A stretch of 64,000 bases of DNA from Podarcis tiliguerta (Eukaryota). A model generated the notes under the pieces. It had not been told where the DNA came from and searched no databases. It worked only from the letters and a program-made list of their open reading frames with translations. The DNA is taken from assembly GCA_965153285.1 (NCBI GenBank), contig OZ229116.1, one strand, 5' to 3'. The position numbers and the translations under genes were made by a program. Shown piece after piece: positions 1-13,513 of this stretch; positions within the stretch are counted from its first letter, which is position 1; each line of letters starts with the position of its first letter.

Positions 1-991
1 TACTTTGACTCGCACACTATGTCCACTTATAATCCATTCGGTAAAATACTTCTTTCACAAATCTACAGAGTATTAAACTCTCGAATGCTGCTACCATTCA
101 CAACTCTAAAGGCATGATGGGGAGGAAATCAGATGATACTTTATGGGAAGAAGTGATGAGCAACTATCAGCTCTTCATGGCAGGAGGAGGAAGCGAACAC
201 TGAACTCAGTCTTGACACTCATTCCTATCTGAATGGCACATTCCAATACTTGAGATTTGCCTGAAATTTAGAATGGCAGTTTCTAAAAGGAGAGATTGTC
301 ATTCCACACCCACTTTTCACCTTTTCTCGGTTGGCCGTCCTTGGCTTGGAGCCACATAGCAATTCATGTCTTTCTGCTCATGTCACTTCACAGCACCCGC
401 CCACCCAGTGGTGTTCTGAGGAAGGGCTGGTTCTGTTGTCACATCCTGCAAGTGCAGCACCACATGGTGCAATTAAGTAGGTGGAGAGATAACTTTTAAT
501 CTTGTTGGGAATCATCATCATCAAGAGCAGGAGCAGCTCATTGTTTATATGGGCTTTAATAAAGGGAAGATTAGCGTTTGCTATTGTTTTTTCATTCCTA
601 CCATTTGTTCATTCAAAAATCTCCAAGCTGACTTTCTCCCTCTATCTCTCCATGAATGAGAATGCAACCAGGGAGGCTTGTTTTCAGCAAACAGCAGGAA
701 GAGAAAGAGGCAGCAGTCCTTTGCACTTCCAGGTACAGCCTCCGAGTCTGCTTTTTGAGTTGACAGAAAAACCTCACCTGAAGATTGTTGTTGTGTATTA
801 TCTCCTGGACAATAACTAGGCTGACTCTTACTGAAGTCTTGTTTCCCCAAAATACTATGGTGTTTTATCAAATATGATATTTTGCAGCCAAGATTATGGT
901 GTCCTTTGGTATTCGTTGATATTACGTATATTCTAGTATTTTGGGGGGTTTCTCTGTACCAATATTCATAGAATCATAGAGCTTGAAGGGA

Positions 992-1033
992 CCATGGCCC
1001 TGAGGTTAAGAGTCTCATGCTCTACTGACTAAG
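992..1033 (-). repeat. tRNA-Lys(CTT)-derived fragment (SINE head relic), abutting a CR1 3'-end fragment at about 968-994
   Basis: Minus strand cttagtcagtagagcatgagactcttaacctcaggg matches the D and anticodon arms of tRNA-Lys-CTT; no T-arm or acceptor stem. Confidence 0.6.
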
Positions 1034-1509
1034 ATATATTGACAATCATTGTCACTGAAAATGTTGTGATTTACAGCATTTCCCCAATTAGTTTAGCCAG
1101 TTAGTCAAGTTGTGATGTATGTATAATATTTTAGTATTCTTGATATTGCTTGCTCACCTTTGGCCTGAATCTCTTACATTGTATTACTTTTAATTCCTGC
1201 TTCTCCTCCCCAAAATTAATTAAATTTGTATATTATTTAAGTATTGAATTAGAACTGTTAGGGGAGAAGGGAAAGAGAACCCTGGTTACACATTCCTTTA
1301 ATAATGCAACTTTACCAAATCAACATGGAGTTAATTAGGACCAGGTTTCTTAATTCTTCCTAATTTTGTGTGAGTGTAAGGGTTGGTAACTGTCTTTAAT
1401 AACTCACTGAAATTAGAAGAAATATTTTAAAATAAATATAATTAATTCTCATTTGTTTCCAGGGGGTAGGATTTAGTTATCATTTCATTTTCTTTACTAG
1501 ATGTGTAGT

Positions 1510-1875
1510 CTGACCCATAATTTTGGAACTTCGTCTCCACCCCCATCATTCTGCCCGAATACTGAGGTCCAGCGCCAAGGGCCTTCTGGTGGTTCCCTCA
1601 TTGCAAGAAGTGAGGTTACAGGGAACCAGGCAGAGGGCCTTCTTGGTAGTGGCCCCTGCCCTGTGGAACGCCCTCCCATCAGATGTCAAGGCAATAAGCG
1701 ACTATCTTACTTTTAAAAGACATCTGAAGGCTGCCCTGTTTATGGAAGTTTTTAATGTTTGATGCTGTGTTTTTAATATTCAGTTGGAAGCCACCCAGAG
1801 TGGCTGGGGAAAGCCAGCAAGATGGGTGGGGTATAAATAATATATTAGTAGTAGTAGTAGTAGCAGCAGCAGTAT
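1510..1875 (+). mobile_element. L2/CR1-group LINE 3' end
   Basis: ORF2 C-terminal motif LRS...RAFLVVAPALWNALP...FKRHLKAALF, then a short 3' UTR and a (TAG)n-like tail. Confidence 0.8.
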
Positions 1876-2604
1876 TATATCTAGATTTTTTCGCTATACC
1901 TTTATTTGCCTGAAGGATAGTATTAGTTTAGACAATGAGATAACAATGCCATTAGTCTATAATAGTATTTATGCTCCATATTCCCATATCTAGTACCAAA
2001 TGTCCCAGGATTTAGCCTTAGTGTTAGGCACAGAATATTGATAGGATTAAAGATAAATGTGCCCCCCACCTCCCTTGCTCTCTTAGATACAGGAGGATGG
2101 CTAGGGCAGCTCAGAAAGGCCCTTGCACAAATGCACACTCATGCAATGGTAGAAGGCTGGCGGGACAGCTTAAAACCCACTGCTGCTACACAGCAGACGG
2201 ATTGAAGAAAAGGAAGTACAAATTAGTCCTGTAGTCAAGTCCTAACCTTGACCAATCATGGCTAAGAGCGGGTAGGAGCTGGTTGGAATAATAGATCTTT
2301 AAAAAGTGTAGACACACTGGGCAGCTTCCGTTTTGACTTGAAATGTTAGCTTGGGGCTTCTCAGAAATATGTTAAGGCATGAAGTGGGGGGGGGGGAGGC
2401 GCCAGCCCACAATGGCGCCCACCTGAGAGGTGCCAGAACTGCACTCCAGTGCACTCCAGCTGAAAAAAAGCACCGGATATCATTAACAATTAATGAAAGT
2501 AAAAATTACACATTTTATGTTCCCTGTTACAACAATTTTTGGATATAGAGCTATTGCTGATTTGTTTTACTAATGTTATTTCATATATATGTGTGTTCTT
2601 TCTC

Positions 2605-2659
2605 ATAGATAGATGATAGAGATAGAGAGATAGATGATAGATAGATATAGATAGATAGT
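2605..2659. repeat. Imperfect (GATA)n microsatellite
   Basis: atagatagatgatagagatagagagatagatgatagatagat... Confidence 0.85.
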
Positions 2660-3116
2660 TAATACAAACTTCTTCAAATAAAAAACAAAAACAAGATAAA
2701 TATAGCATTTACGTTGACCAGCACCATGGTGCCAAAGAACTGAAGCCTGAATGTATTTGATGAAAAGGGGAGCATCAATTTATAATCCCACATAAAATTG
2801 TTGAGAAAAAGGGAGCATTGCACCTACAGGCATTCAGAAGGTCAACAATGGAACGTTTTCAAAAGGCAAAGTTCATTGTGCACATGGTAGAAATGCACTA
2901 CAGAATATGCAAGATGACTTCACCTGCCATCAGCACTACAAAACATACCATCAAGACATAGAGTAAGAAAGACAACCTATCTGTTCTAGAGATTGTTAAA
3001 CATTGTTAAACAATGGCAGTAGCAGCCTTCAGGAAATCTTTATACTCAGGAAAGTTTCCTATGCATTTTAGAATACTGGGAGATCAAATAGGAAGTACTG
3101 AAATTTATGTGCTCAC

Positions 3117-5540
3117 CTGATGGATTGCTGCCTCCTCCGTAACTGTGTTAGAATCACCTATGAGTAACACAGGGCCTGGCTTATCAGAAGCCTGTTGTGG
3201 TGTCAGAGTATTGGTACAGCTTCCAATTGGAAAAAGAATCTGACTTTTCCGAGAGCCTGAAGTCAGTGAAACCTCATGGCAATAAGACTGAAGAAATGCC
3301 CGGACTCCGTCAATCCCCACAAACTGGGAGATGGGAGCACCATCAAAATGCACACTTCCATTGTCACACAACTGAGAATTTTTCCATCTGCGAAGTTTGA
3401 GTGCCAATAACACAAGGAGGAAGGCGAGGAACAAGCAGGAGACAAAAGCCACTGCAGTCACCAAATAGAAGGTAAGATCTGACTGTGGGTCTTCAGATAC
3501 TGGGACGCTGCTCAGATCAGTCAGCATGTCAGGGATGCTGTCAGCCAAGACCACAGTGACAGTGACTGATGCCGACATTGGAGGCTGCCCATTGTCCTTG
3601 ACTAAAACCACCAGGCTTTGCTTGAGGGCATCTTTCTCCAGGAAGAAACGGGCTGTCCTGATCTCTCCCGTGTGGAGCCCCAGAGTGAAGAGCCCTGGCT
3701 CGGTGGCCTTGATCAGCTGGTAGGAGAGCCAGGCATTCTGGCCAGAGTCCGCATCCACGGCCACCACCTTAGTGACCAGGTAACCTGGCTCTGAGGAGCG
3801 AGGGGCCAGCTCTATCCCCGTGGAGCCATCGGTGGGAGGGGAAGGGTGAAGGATTTGGGGAGCATTGTCATTCTGGTCCAGGATGAAGAGAGTCACTGAG
3901 ACATTGGAGCTGAGTGGTGGAGAACCTCCATCCTGAGCCTTGACTAGGAACTTCAGCTCCCTGATCTCTTCATAGTCAAAAGAACTCAAAGCATAGATGA
4001 CCCCTGTCTCAGAGTTAATGGAGAGGTAGGAGGTAATAAGGAATTTGTCCATGTTCCCTTCAATTATGGAATAACTTATTCTGGCATTTTCCTCCCAGTC
4101 TGGATCGTTTGCTTTTAAGGAAAATACTTGAGCTCCTCTTGGATTGTTCTCTGTAAAATAAGCCAAGTAAGATGGTTCTGCAAAAACAGGAGGGTTGTCA
4201 TTTGTGTCTTGGATTCGAAGTAGGATAAAAGTTGACACAGAAAGTGGTGGAATTCCATGGTCAGTAGCTGTGATAGTGATGTTGTAGTCTGCTTTGTTCT
4301 CTCTGTCAAGGTTGCTGTGTGTCACCAAACTATAAAAGTTATCAAAAGACTGTTTTAGTTGGAAAGGGAGCTTACTGGGAATTGAACATGTGACCTCCCC
4401 ATTGACCCCTGAATCTTCATCTTGTACATTTAGAAGGGCAATAACTGTTCCTATTGGTGAATTCTCAGAAATGGTATTGATGAAAAAGGTTATTGATAGT
4501 TCAGGTGCATTGTCATTAACATCCGTAACAATTATCACAACTTTTGACCAGTCACTCAGCCCTCCTCCATCCTCAGCCTTCACCTCAAAGTCATATGAGG
4601 ATGATTCCTCATAATCAAGGTTTCCCATTAAGGTAATTGTACCAGTCGTTGAGTTTAAAATAAACATTTTGGAATCCTTCTTTGTAATTTTTTTGAATGA
4701 ATATTTTATCTCTCCGTTTTGTCCTTCATCCAGATCAGTAGCACTAACTGTAGCAATGCTGGACCCGTTCAGAATGTTCTCCTTGATGCTCATTTCATAG
4801 ATTGGTTTGCTGAAAACAGGTGCATTGTCATTTGCATCTAAAACAATGACTTGGATGTTAGCAGTGCTGGACCTGACTGGATCGCCTCCATCAGTAGCTG
4901 TGAGGATCAGGTTGAAAACTGATTGCTCTTCCCGGTCCAGATTTTCCCCCAACACCAGCTCAGCAGATTTGGCACCATTTTCTTCAACTTGCACCTCCAG
5001 AGAAAAATGGCTACTGCCTGTGAGTTGGTAGGTCTGTATAGAATTTATCCCTAGGTCTGGATCCTGAGCTTCAGGCAGAGGGAACCGGGATCCGGCAGTA
5101 GATGCCTCACTGATTTTCAGTTCCTGTTTCCCCGATGAGAACTGGGGAGCATTATCGTTTATATCAATAATTTCCACTTGAACCCCATAGATCTCTATTT
5201 TGCTCTCAACTATAACATCAAAACTTAAAACACACCTTTCTGCCCTTCCACAGACTTCCTCTCTGTCTATTCTCTGAGAGGTTTGTAAATGGCCACTGTT
5301 GTAATTCAAAGCAAAATACTGACTCGTACCTGTCCTGGTAACAATCCGTAGTCCGTGGTCTGAAAGATGATTTCTATCCACTCCTAGATCCTTTGCAATA
5401 TTCCCCACAAAAGAGCCTTTCTGCATCTCCTCAGGAATGGAATAATGAATCTTCCCAGAAACTATCTTCCAAGCAAGCACAATTATGAGGCATCGCAAGA
5501 CCCTTTCTTTGCAGATCCACAGCCTCTGATTTTCTTCCAT
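3117..5540 (-). CDS. PCDHGA: Protocadherin gamma-A-like variable exon (signal peptide, EC1-EC6, TM, variable cytoplasmic part)
   Basis: 811-aa ORF 3105-5540 with six cadherin repeats (YSIPEE, DxNDNxP, LDRE/LDYE), a TM segment and the gamma-A-type tail [22 protein letters not shown]. Phase-0 donor CAG|GTGAGC, last exon base 3117; read-through stop at 3105. Symbol is family-level only. Confidence 0.95.
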
Positions 5541-5740
5541 TATCTTGCAACACTATCAATTCTAGGACTCAGGAGCTTCTGGGTTTTAAATTAGTGGTTT
5601 TTAAAAAATAAAAAATAGAAGTCTCTCTTAACAGTGCCTACAATATCTGTGCAAGTTTGATGCATCAGATATTTTGTGCCTGTGTTTAAGAATACTGCGG
5701 CTGGGTTAGCTGAATATCTCTCTTCCTGTGCCAGATTAGT

Positions 5741-5777
5741 AAACAGCGACACTCAGAGGCTCAATTGAAAACTGGAG
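5741..5777 (-). promoter_or_regulatory. Pcdh conserved sequence element (CSE, promoter CTCF site)
   Basis: Plus strand aaacagcgacactcagaggctcaattgaaaactgga (CGCT core on minus), about 205 bp upstream of ATG 5540; the same motif precedes every gamma exon. Confidence 0.85.
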
Positions 5778-6527
5778 ATTATTTTTCCTACAATGGTAGT
5801 CCTGTGTTTGCCATCATAAAAGAAATATTTTGCTTTAAGAAGGGGCATAATACGAGTATAAATTTTTAGAAGTAAAAAATTGCCCTAAAGAAACAACATC
5901 AAACATTTAGACTTCAGATAAATCTGTACTGGTGGTTGTTGTTGGCTATTACAATTTTTTCAAAAAATAGACTGGTGTTTTATGCATTTATTGACAACTC
6001 TGTGTAAAATAGTGCGTATAAGAGATTATTCACTTATTTTAATAAAATAGGACTAAATTCCATGCATGAACACCAATCTTAATTCATTGGCTTCAATCTT
6101 CAAAAGTCAGGCATCAGAGCCTTGAGAGCTATTTATTCTGATGCTCCACATTAGAATATCCTTCTACCATAGTTCACTAGATGGAATTACTATCTATTAA
6201 AGCATATAGATTTTTTGTCACTGATCTGATGTTTCCATCAGATTTGCCCAGTCTGTAGCCTAGCCACAAAGAAATAAAGGTTACTTTAAAATGTGTAGAA
6301 TTAGATGTGGGTCTTTTCTTCCTTAGCCTATGTAAATATAGTTACGGTAGTTATGCTTAAACCCTTTCAGTGTAGAAATAGTTATGTCCATGGTGGAAGG
6401 AAGAAGTTTGTGTTCCAAGCTATACTGAAGGAATGGGTTTCTGTGTAGTAAGTTTAAAAACTGACTCAACCCCCCCCCCCTTTTGTTCTTTCAAAAGAGA
6501 GCACTTTTAAATGCGTAAAACTTGAAC

Positions 6528-7082
6528 TGTTGAGCAAAACCATAATAAGGACACAACTGCATAAACAGTTCTGTCCTTTATCAGGACAGGCAAGGGATGG
6601 CCTTGGCTCCCCAGGGGAACAACGAAAACACGTCAGAACTTTATCTTATGTGCTGACCACAAAGACGCGCAGACCCACGTCTGGGAATAACGCCAGAGTG
6701 TGTTCTTGGAAATGGTGACCTCTGCGTCCCAGATAAGAGTAGGAAGAGGAAGATCCTTTTATGGTCAGAAGTACAGGAAGGAAGATCCTTTTATGGTTGA
6801 GAGTACCAGAGCAGGAACATATGTGATGTCGATCTGTGTACGTAGGCCGACGTGGTTGGGCTCCTAGGGGAGGAGTGAGAGGGTGCCTGAAGGATATATA
6901 AACTGCATGAAACCTGTCATTTCTTTGGACTTGCTGTGGACTTGATCACGCAAGTGCCTTCTGCTATCCGGAGAGCAGAATAAACTCTTTCTTTGAACCA
7001 ACTCGGTGTCATTTTGACTTCCTTCCTCCTGTCACGGAGCAACGCAGACCCAATCGGTGAACTCCAATAAGGCTTCAATACA
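6528..7082 (+). mobile_element. Probable solo LTR
   Basis: Starts TGTTG and ends ...AATACA; internal tandem repeat ggaagatccttttatggt x2, TATA-like ggatatataaa near 6895, AATAAA near 6979. No clear TSD found, so the ends are approximate. Confidence 0.45.
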
Positions 7083-7222
7083 AATAAATCTATACTTATT
7101 TGTGCTTGTGAATCGTCCTTTAAGACTTCTGGAGGAAGGATATACACATGCCCTGTAAGAGAGCTGAAGCTTGGAGCAGCCGCCATCATGGGCAATTATC
7201 CCTTTGTACAGATCACTTACCT

Positions 7223-7560
7223 AGAATCATAGAATCATAGAGTTGGAAGAGACCACAAGGGCCATCGAGTCCAACCCCCTGCCAAGCAGGAAACACCATC
7301 AGAGCACTCCTGACATATGGTTGTCAAGCCTCTGCTTAAAGACCTCCAAAGAAGGAGACTCCACCACACTCCTTGGCAGCAAATTCCACTGTCAAACAGC
7401 TCTTACTGTCAGGAAGTTCTTCCTAATGTTTAGGTGGAATCTTCTTCCTTGTAGTTTGGATCCATTGCTCCGTGTCCGCTTCTCTGGAGCAGCAGAAAAC
7501 AACCTTTCTCCCTCCTCTATGTGACATCCTTTTATATATTTGAACATGGCTATCATATCA
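7223..7560 (-). mobile_element. Young CR1 LINE 3' end
   Basis: (ATTCTATG)n tail; reverse-complement near-identity to 48696-49018, which encodes the CR1 ORF2 C-terminus. Confidence 0.9.
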
Positions 7561-7974
7561 TCCTCAGCCAGTGAGGATGAAGTTTGGCCATCTCTGTAAG
7601 GCCCTGAGCCCTTAACTGCAGGTCAGGACTGAGGTTTGATTTAAAAATTCAAAACAAACTACACAGTTCCCAAAGGTGTAATTCCCTGTCTGCTTTGCTT
7701 CTTTTACTTTATAAAGGACTTGTTCCTTTCATTTCCCTGAGTTGTTGGTGTTGACAGCCTTTTGGGAAGGCGGCTGTGGAGCTGAAGCCAGTGGACAGAG
7801 GCAGTCTTCCTCCCACTGTGGCCAGTAGCCAGGCCAAGGCTCTGATGGCAACCAAGGAAGGAGTGGCACTATTTTTTCATTTTGTGTCATTTATGTAAAT
7901 TGTGCTGTTTATGTATAAACCTAGTACACATCATTTTTATTATTTGATGTTTCTCTGTATTTGCTGTGACTGTG

Positions 7975-8306
7975 AGACCATACCCTCCAGCATTTCTCTG
8001 ATGAAAAAAGGGACGTCCAGTGTCATTTTCCTAGAAAAAGAGGTTCCGGAACTCACCATGAATGCCTCCCTTGTTCTCTTGCAATGGCAATGGTGCCCAC
8101 CTGAGAGGTGCTGGAACTGAGCTCTGGTGAGTTCTGGCTGAAAAAAAGCCCCTTGGCCATCCCATTCCATGTCCCTCCAACATTTCTTTGATGAAAATAG
8201 GAACATCCTAAGGAAAAGTTGGACATTCCAGGATCAAATCAGAAACCAGGATGGCTTCTGTAAATTGGGGTCTGTCCCTGGAAAACAGGGATACTTGGCG
8301 GGTCTG
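7975..8306. repeat. Nested non-autonomous DNA-transposon-like repeats
   Basis: Inner unit at about 8018-8152 whose right end (aatggtgcccacctgagaggtgc...ctgaaaaaaagc) recurs at about 2411-2474; flanked by a duplicated ccctcca-catttct-tgatgaaaa motif. Confidence 0.55.
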
Positions 8307-9730
8307 TGAGTCTCTCCAGACACCCTGAATAAATTTCTTTTGCGCAGAAAAGCACAGTGGAATTTCATAAATGAGTTGCATTTGCTTTCAATAATCATCT
8401 CTTAACATTTTGTTCTAAAATATTTGTGGAAAATGTTCAGTTAAGACACATGTTTATTTTCCATTTTAAAGGAAACATTTTCGAGAATATGACCATAGAT
8501 AGTCTAAAGATTTAGAAGACTAAATGTGGTAGACAATACCACACTGAATGAATGCCCTGAATTCATGTAATGCAGTTTCCCTTGCCATCAAAGCTCGCTT
8601 CAAGCATGAATAGTAAATAGTAGGTACATGATTGAGACAGTAATACAAGGATGCAAGGCTGGCACCACCACACATATCCCTCTGTGGCTGGTTCCATGGC
8701 CTTCCAACTTGTGGTAGATGACTGAAGCCTTTTGGGCATCTAGAGGCACCAATTTATGGGAAGTGGAAGCAGCTGAGCACATGTTCTCTGCCAGTGAGGG
8801 ACCACCACATTCTTCACCAGAGCACACAAGGCCTCTTGCAGGGCTTCTTAATGTCACATAACTGAAGCATTACATAGGAACATTGTGTCCCATTGCTGCC
8901 ACTGCTTGTAGAACCAGCTAAACTGGCTGCATATGCACACCCACCCACAGAATCCTAGAAACTGTAGGTTGTTAAGGATGTTGGGAATTTTAGCTCTGTG
9001 AGGGGTAAAATATGGTTCCCAGGATTCTTTGAGGAAAGCCATGTGCTTTAAGTGTGTGCTGTGTACACAGCCTAAAAGGGAGGGAGAATTTGCTGCTGTT
9101 GCTTTCACTAGTAAGCTCCTTAACCCATTTCTCAACATTTGTCCTCCTTAGCACCGCAATGTCCCATTTTCCATGGTAAAAGGTTCATTTTGAAAGCTCA
9201 TTCAGCTCAGCTCTATATTTCATCATGTACAGGATCCTATCTGAATTTCAACCTAGCCTTTTCATGTGGGTAATTTAATATGACCTGATGAAGTGAGTGT
9301 TTGAACCTTCATTGCTGTTTAGTGTTGGAGCCTGGGCCACTGGAGAATCCTTCAGTGAATGCTTGCTTAGATTCACCTGTCACACACCAATGTGGAAATC
9401 ATTAGACCAAAAAGTACCAACAAAGGAGCTTCTGTGTGCACGTGTATAACATTGAGGCCAACCTAGATTAAGATCATGAAATTACTGCTATGCGATCTAA
9501 ATGCAGAAGCTTGGCATGTACCAGTTTTGATTCACCTTATGAAATCCATAGAACCATGACCACTAAAAAGGAGGAACAGATCAAAGCAAAATTGATTTTT
9601 TACAACTATAGTAACTGTAGTTCTAATCTCAGGACCATAAGATTAAATCAGCGAAAGATTAAATCAATCAAGTTAATGTCTGTTTTACACACTTACTGAT
9701 TTCAATACCATGTCCTTTTTCCTGGATTGC

Positions 9731-9835
9731 ATCTGCAGTGTGCCAACCTCACTGCTGCATTGCCCCATCATGGTGAAGGGCAGCGACTCACCTGCCAGGA
9801 GGTCAGGCTGTCCACCATGCTGTGTCCACTGCTGC
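9731..9835 (-). pseudogene. Possible highly decayed EC2 relic
   Basis: atctgcagtgtgccaacctcac...ccatca...ctgtcca resembles atctgcagagtgccagacctcac...ccatca...ctgtcca at about 18761-18845 (LD...DGG..VRSGTLQI) with similar spacing and frameshifts. Confidence 0.35.
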
Positions 9836-10841
9836 CTGAAGCTATGCAAGAATGATTAGAACTCTCCTCATAAGGATGCATTTTCATCACTGAAAATCGT
9901 TATTGTCCTTCTCCACACTTTTTTCAGTCATGCTATAACTTTTTATGGTGGAAGTAATCCAAACGGCATGATATTGGTGGCTACATCATTATAACAACAT
10001 TATCTTCTTGCATTGCAATGAGCCAACCATTTAAAGGAACTCCAAAATAACTTTTATTGAGTTTCAATAGCAAAAGTTGTACATTCCTAAACAAAACCTC
10101 ATGTGAAGGCTGTTCTATCACTTGCACGCCCTCTTATCTGCTGAAAAGATAACTGTGGGCAAGCGTTCTGCTGTAGGATCACTGAGTGGTTTGGCTACAA
10201 ACCTGAGTAGCTTCACAGAAAAGAGACAAATGTCTGTTCTTGCAGACCACCCATCACTGACAACTGTATTATAAAAGGTTAAAAAGAAATACTAGGTCAC
10301 AAAGCTGTGCTGATGTATGTGCCTGTCTATTGCCTTAAATATAGTTCAGATTGTATGCAGCTGACCAGACCTTAGTATTGCTCGTTTCCCCTCTCCAGCA
10401 ACCTCCTGCATTGCGGCAAACAAGTGGAAAAGCCAAGGATCATTGCCAGCCTCCTAAACACTTCTGTGATAGAACGAAGACTATTGGGCTTCCTGTGACT
10501 GTTTCTAACCTGGTCAGAAGGTGGATTTCAATGTACGTTATGCACAATAAAGGTCTTTAGGAATAGTACACAAGTTTCCTTTCAAAACAAAATCTGATCC
10601 AGCTTTCCATTATCCTTGGAGAATTTGTTAAAAATATCACATAGATCAAAATACATTATTTATTAGAATCAATAAAGTAAGTGCTTCATCATTTAATGAA
10701 ACACCATCTCTCTTTACATCTTTATTACATAAAGCATAAACAGATATTTCCAGGATTTGTTATTTTAGAAATTCTTTTAAATTTCATAAAATAAAATCTA
10801 TTGAATAATGAGGGCCAAAGTATTGAAATTTATGTGCTCAC

Positions 10842-13271
10842 CTGATGGGTTGCTGCATCCTCCATAACTGTGTTAGACTCACCTATGAGTAACACAGGGC
10901 CTGGCTTATCAGAAGCCTGTTGTGGTGTCAGAGTATTGGTACAACTTCCAATTGGAAAAAGAATCTGGCTTTTCCGAGAGCCTGAAGTCAGTGAAACCTC
11001 ATGGCAATAAGACTGAAGAAATGCCCGGACTCCATCAATCCCCACAAACTGTGAAACTGGTGCACCACTGAAATTCAAACTTGCATTATCACACAGCTGA
11101 GAATTTTTCCACCTGCGAAGTTTGAGTGCCAGTAGCACAAGGAGGAAGGCGAGGAACAAGCAGGAGACAAAAGCCACTGCAGTCACCAAGTAGAAGGTGA
11201 GATCTGACTGTGGGTCTTCAGATACTGGGACACTGCTCAGATCAGTCAGCATGTCAGGGATGCTGTCAGCCAAGACCACAGTGACAGTGACTGATGCCGA
11301 CATTGGAGGCTGCCCATTGTCCTTGACTAAAACCACCAGGTTTTGCTTGAGGGCATCTTTCTCCAGAAAGAAGCGGGCTGTCCTGATCTCTCCTGTGTGG
11401 AGCCCCAGAGTGAAGAGCCCTGGCTCAGTGGCCTTGATCAGCTGGTAGGAGAGCCAGGCATTCTGGCCAGAGTCCGCATCCACCGCCACCACCTTAGTGA
11501 CCAGGTAGCCTGGCTCAGAGGAGCGAGGGGCCAGCTCTATCCCCGTGGAACCGTCGTTGGGAGGGGAGGGGTACAGGATTTGGGGAGCATTGTCATTCTG
11601 GTCCAGGATGAAGAGAGTCACTGAGACGTTGGAGCTGAGTGGTGGAGAACCTCCGTCCTGAGCCCTTACATGGAACTTAATCTCCCGAAACTCTTCATAA
11701 TCAAAGGTTTTCAAGGCATAGCCAACCCCTGTTTCCGAATTAATGGAAAGGTAGGAAGAGAGTGAGGAATCAAACATTTGACTTTCAATGATGGAATAGG
11801 TTGTTTTTGAATTCTCCCCCCAGTCTGGATCCTCTGTTTTCAGAGAAAATATAGTGTCCCCTCTCTGGTTGTTCTCTACAAGGTAAAAAGTGTACTCTGG
11901 TTGCATAAAGTATGGAGCATTGTCATTCTTGTCTAAAACCTGAAGGAGGATTAAGGTGGTTGATGAAAGAGGTGGCATGCCTTGATCTGAGGCTGTGATG
12001 GTGATGTTGTAGGCTGCTACTTGCTCCCTGTCCAGCGGTCTAGCAATGACCATAGTGTAATAGTTAGCATTTGCTTTTGTTAATTGGAAAGGGATATTAC
12101 TAGGAATAGAGCATATGACTTTCCCATTCTCTCCAGAATCATCATCGTGCACGTTTATCAAGGCAATGGCAGTTCCTGCTTGAGAATCCTCAGGAACTGA
12201 ACTGGCAAGTGATCTGACAGTTATTTCAGGTGCGTTGTCATTAACATCACTTACAAAAATCACAGCTTTTGATATATTAAATAGTCCTCCCCCATCAATG
12301 GCCTGAATCTCTATTTCATACAACGTAGATTCTTCATAATCCAGCTTCCCCACAAGAATAATTTCACCTGTCTCTGAGTTTATGTGGAAGTTCTGAGAAG
12401 CTTTGTCAGATATTTTTCTGAAGGAGTATGTTATTTCTCTGTTGATTCCTTCATCCAGGTCAGTGGCTTTTACTGTGACTACTGTATAGCCTGTGGGCGC
12501 ATTTTCTGCAATGGTCACTTTGTATACAGGTTGGCTAAAAATGGGTGCATTGTCATTTGCATCAAGGACAATAATATGGATTTGGGTTGTGCCAGATTTG
12601 GGTGGATCCCCCCCATCAAAGGCGGTGAGAATAAGGTCATGCACATTTTGTTCTTCTCGGTCCAATGATGTTTCCAGTACAATCTCTGCATATATTGCAC
12701 TATCCAATCCAGTTTGCACATCCAGAGAAAAGTGTTTGTTTGCACTGAGTTTATAATTCTGGACAGAATTCATCCCTAAATCTGGATCCTGGGCATCTTC
12801 CAGACGGAATCGTGTCCCACCTTCAGTCATCTCACTGATTTTTATCTGAAGTTGAGCTGATTTGAAGCTTGGAGCATTGTCGTTGACATCAATTATTTCT
12901 ACTTCAATTGTATAAATCTTCATTGCATCTTCTATAATAACTTCACAATTAAAGAGGCATCTTTGTATCTGAGGACAGGTCTGCTCTCTGTCCAGTCTTT
13001 CCTTAATGTATAAATGGCCATTCTTATTGTTTAAAGCAAAATATTCCATCTTACCTCTGCAAACAAAGCTGACTCCATAATGTGAGAAATCCTTTATATC
13101 CAGTCTAAGATCCTTTGCAATATTCCCCACAAAGGAACCTTTTGGCATTTCCTCGGGAACTGAATAATGAATCTGTTCAGCAGCAGTCTCACATGCGATG
13201 CAAAAAAATATGATGGAAATGAAAGCTGTGTCCTTGTAGAACCTAAGACAGAAATGTGTTGCAATAGCCAT
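10842..13271 (-). CDS. PCDHGA: Protocadherin gamma-A-like variable exon
   Basis: 813-aa ORF 10830-13271, six EC repeats plus TM plus gamma-A tail; phase-0 donor CAG|GTGAGC at 10842/10841. Family-level symbol. Confidence 0.95.
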
Positions 13272-13477
13272 TTCCAGATGTTATCTTCTTACTTTCAGTC
13301 CCTTAAACCTGGATGGTCCAATATCTTAGCAAAAATAAAATAAAATAAAATAGCAAATCCAATGGATCTAGATCTTCCTAGATCTTCTTTGTTTCTGTTC
13401 CCTTGCATTCTCTTTCTAGGTGGAGCAGCAGCACTGAGATGGCAACATCTCTCAGTGCATTTCTCTGCCTGGTTAGG

Positions 13478-13513
13478 GAGCAGCGACACCCAGAGTCTCA
13501 ACCAAAAACTGCA
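13478..13513 (-). promoter_or_regulatory. Pcdh CSE (promoter CTCF site)
   Basis: cagcgacacccagagtctcaaccaaaaactgca, about 210 bp upstream of ATG 13271. Confidence 0.85.

Noticed and set aside
391-430. CSE-like cgcccacccagtgg near the window start
   Set aside because: Spacing to the distal module does not match the real CSEs, and the ATG at the expected distance (about 177) is followed by a stop after three codons.
992-1033. tRNA-Lys gene
   Set aside because: Only D-arm and anticodon-arm similarity with mismatches; no complete cloverleaf, so treated as a SINE or tRNA relic.
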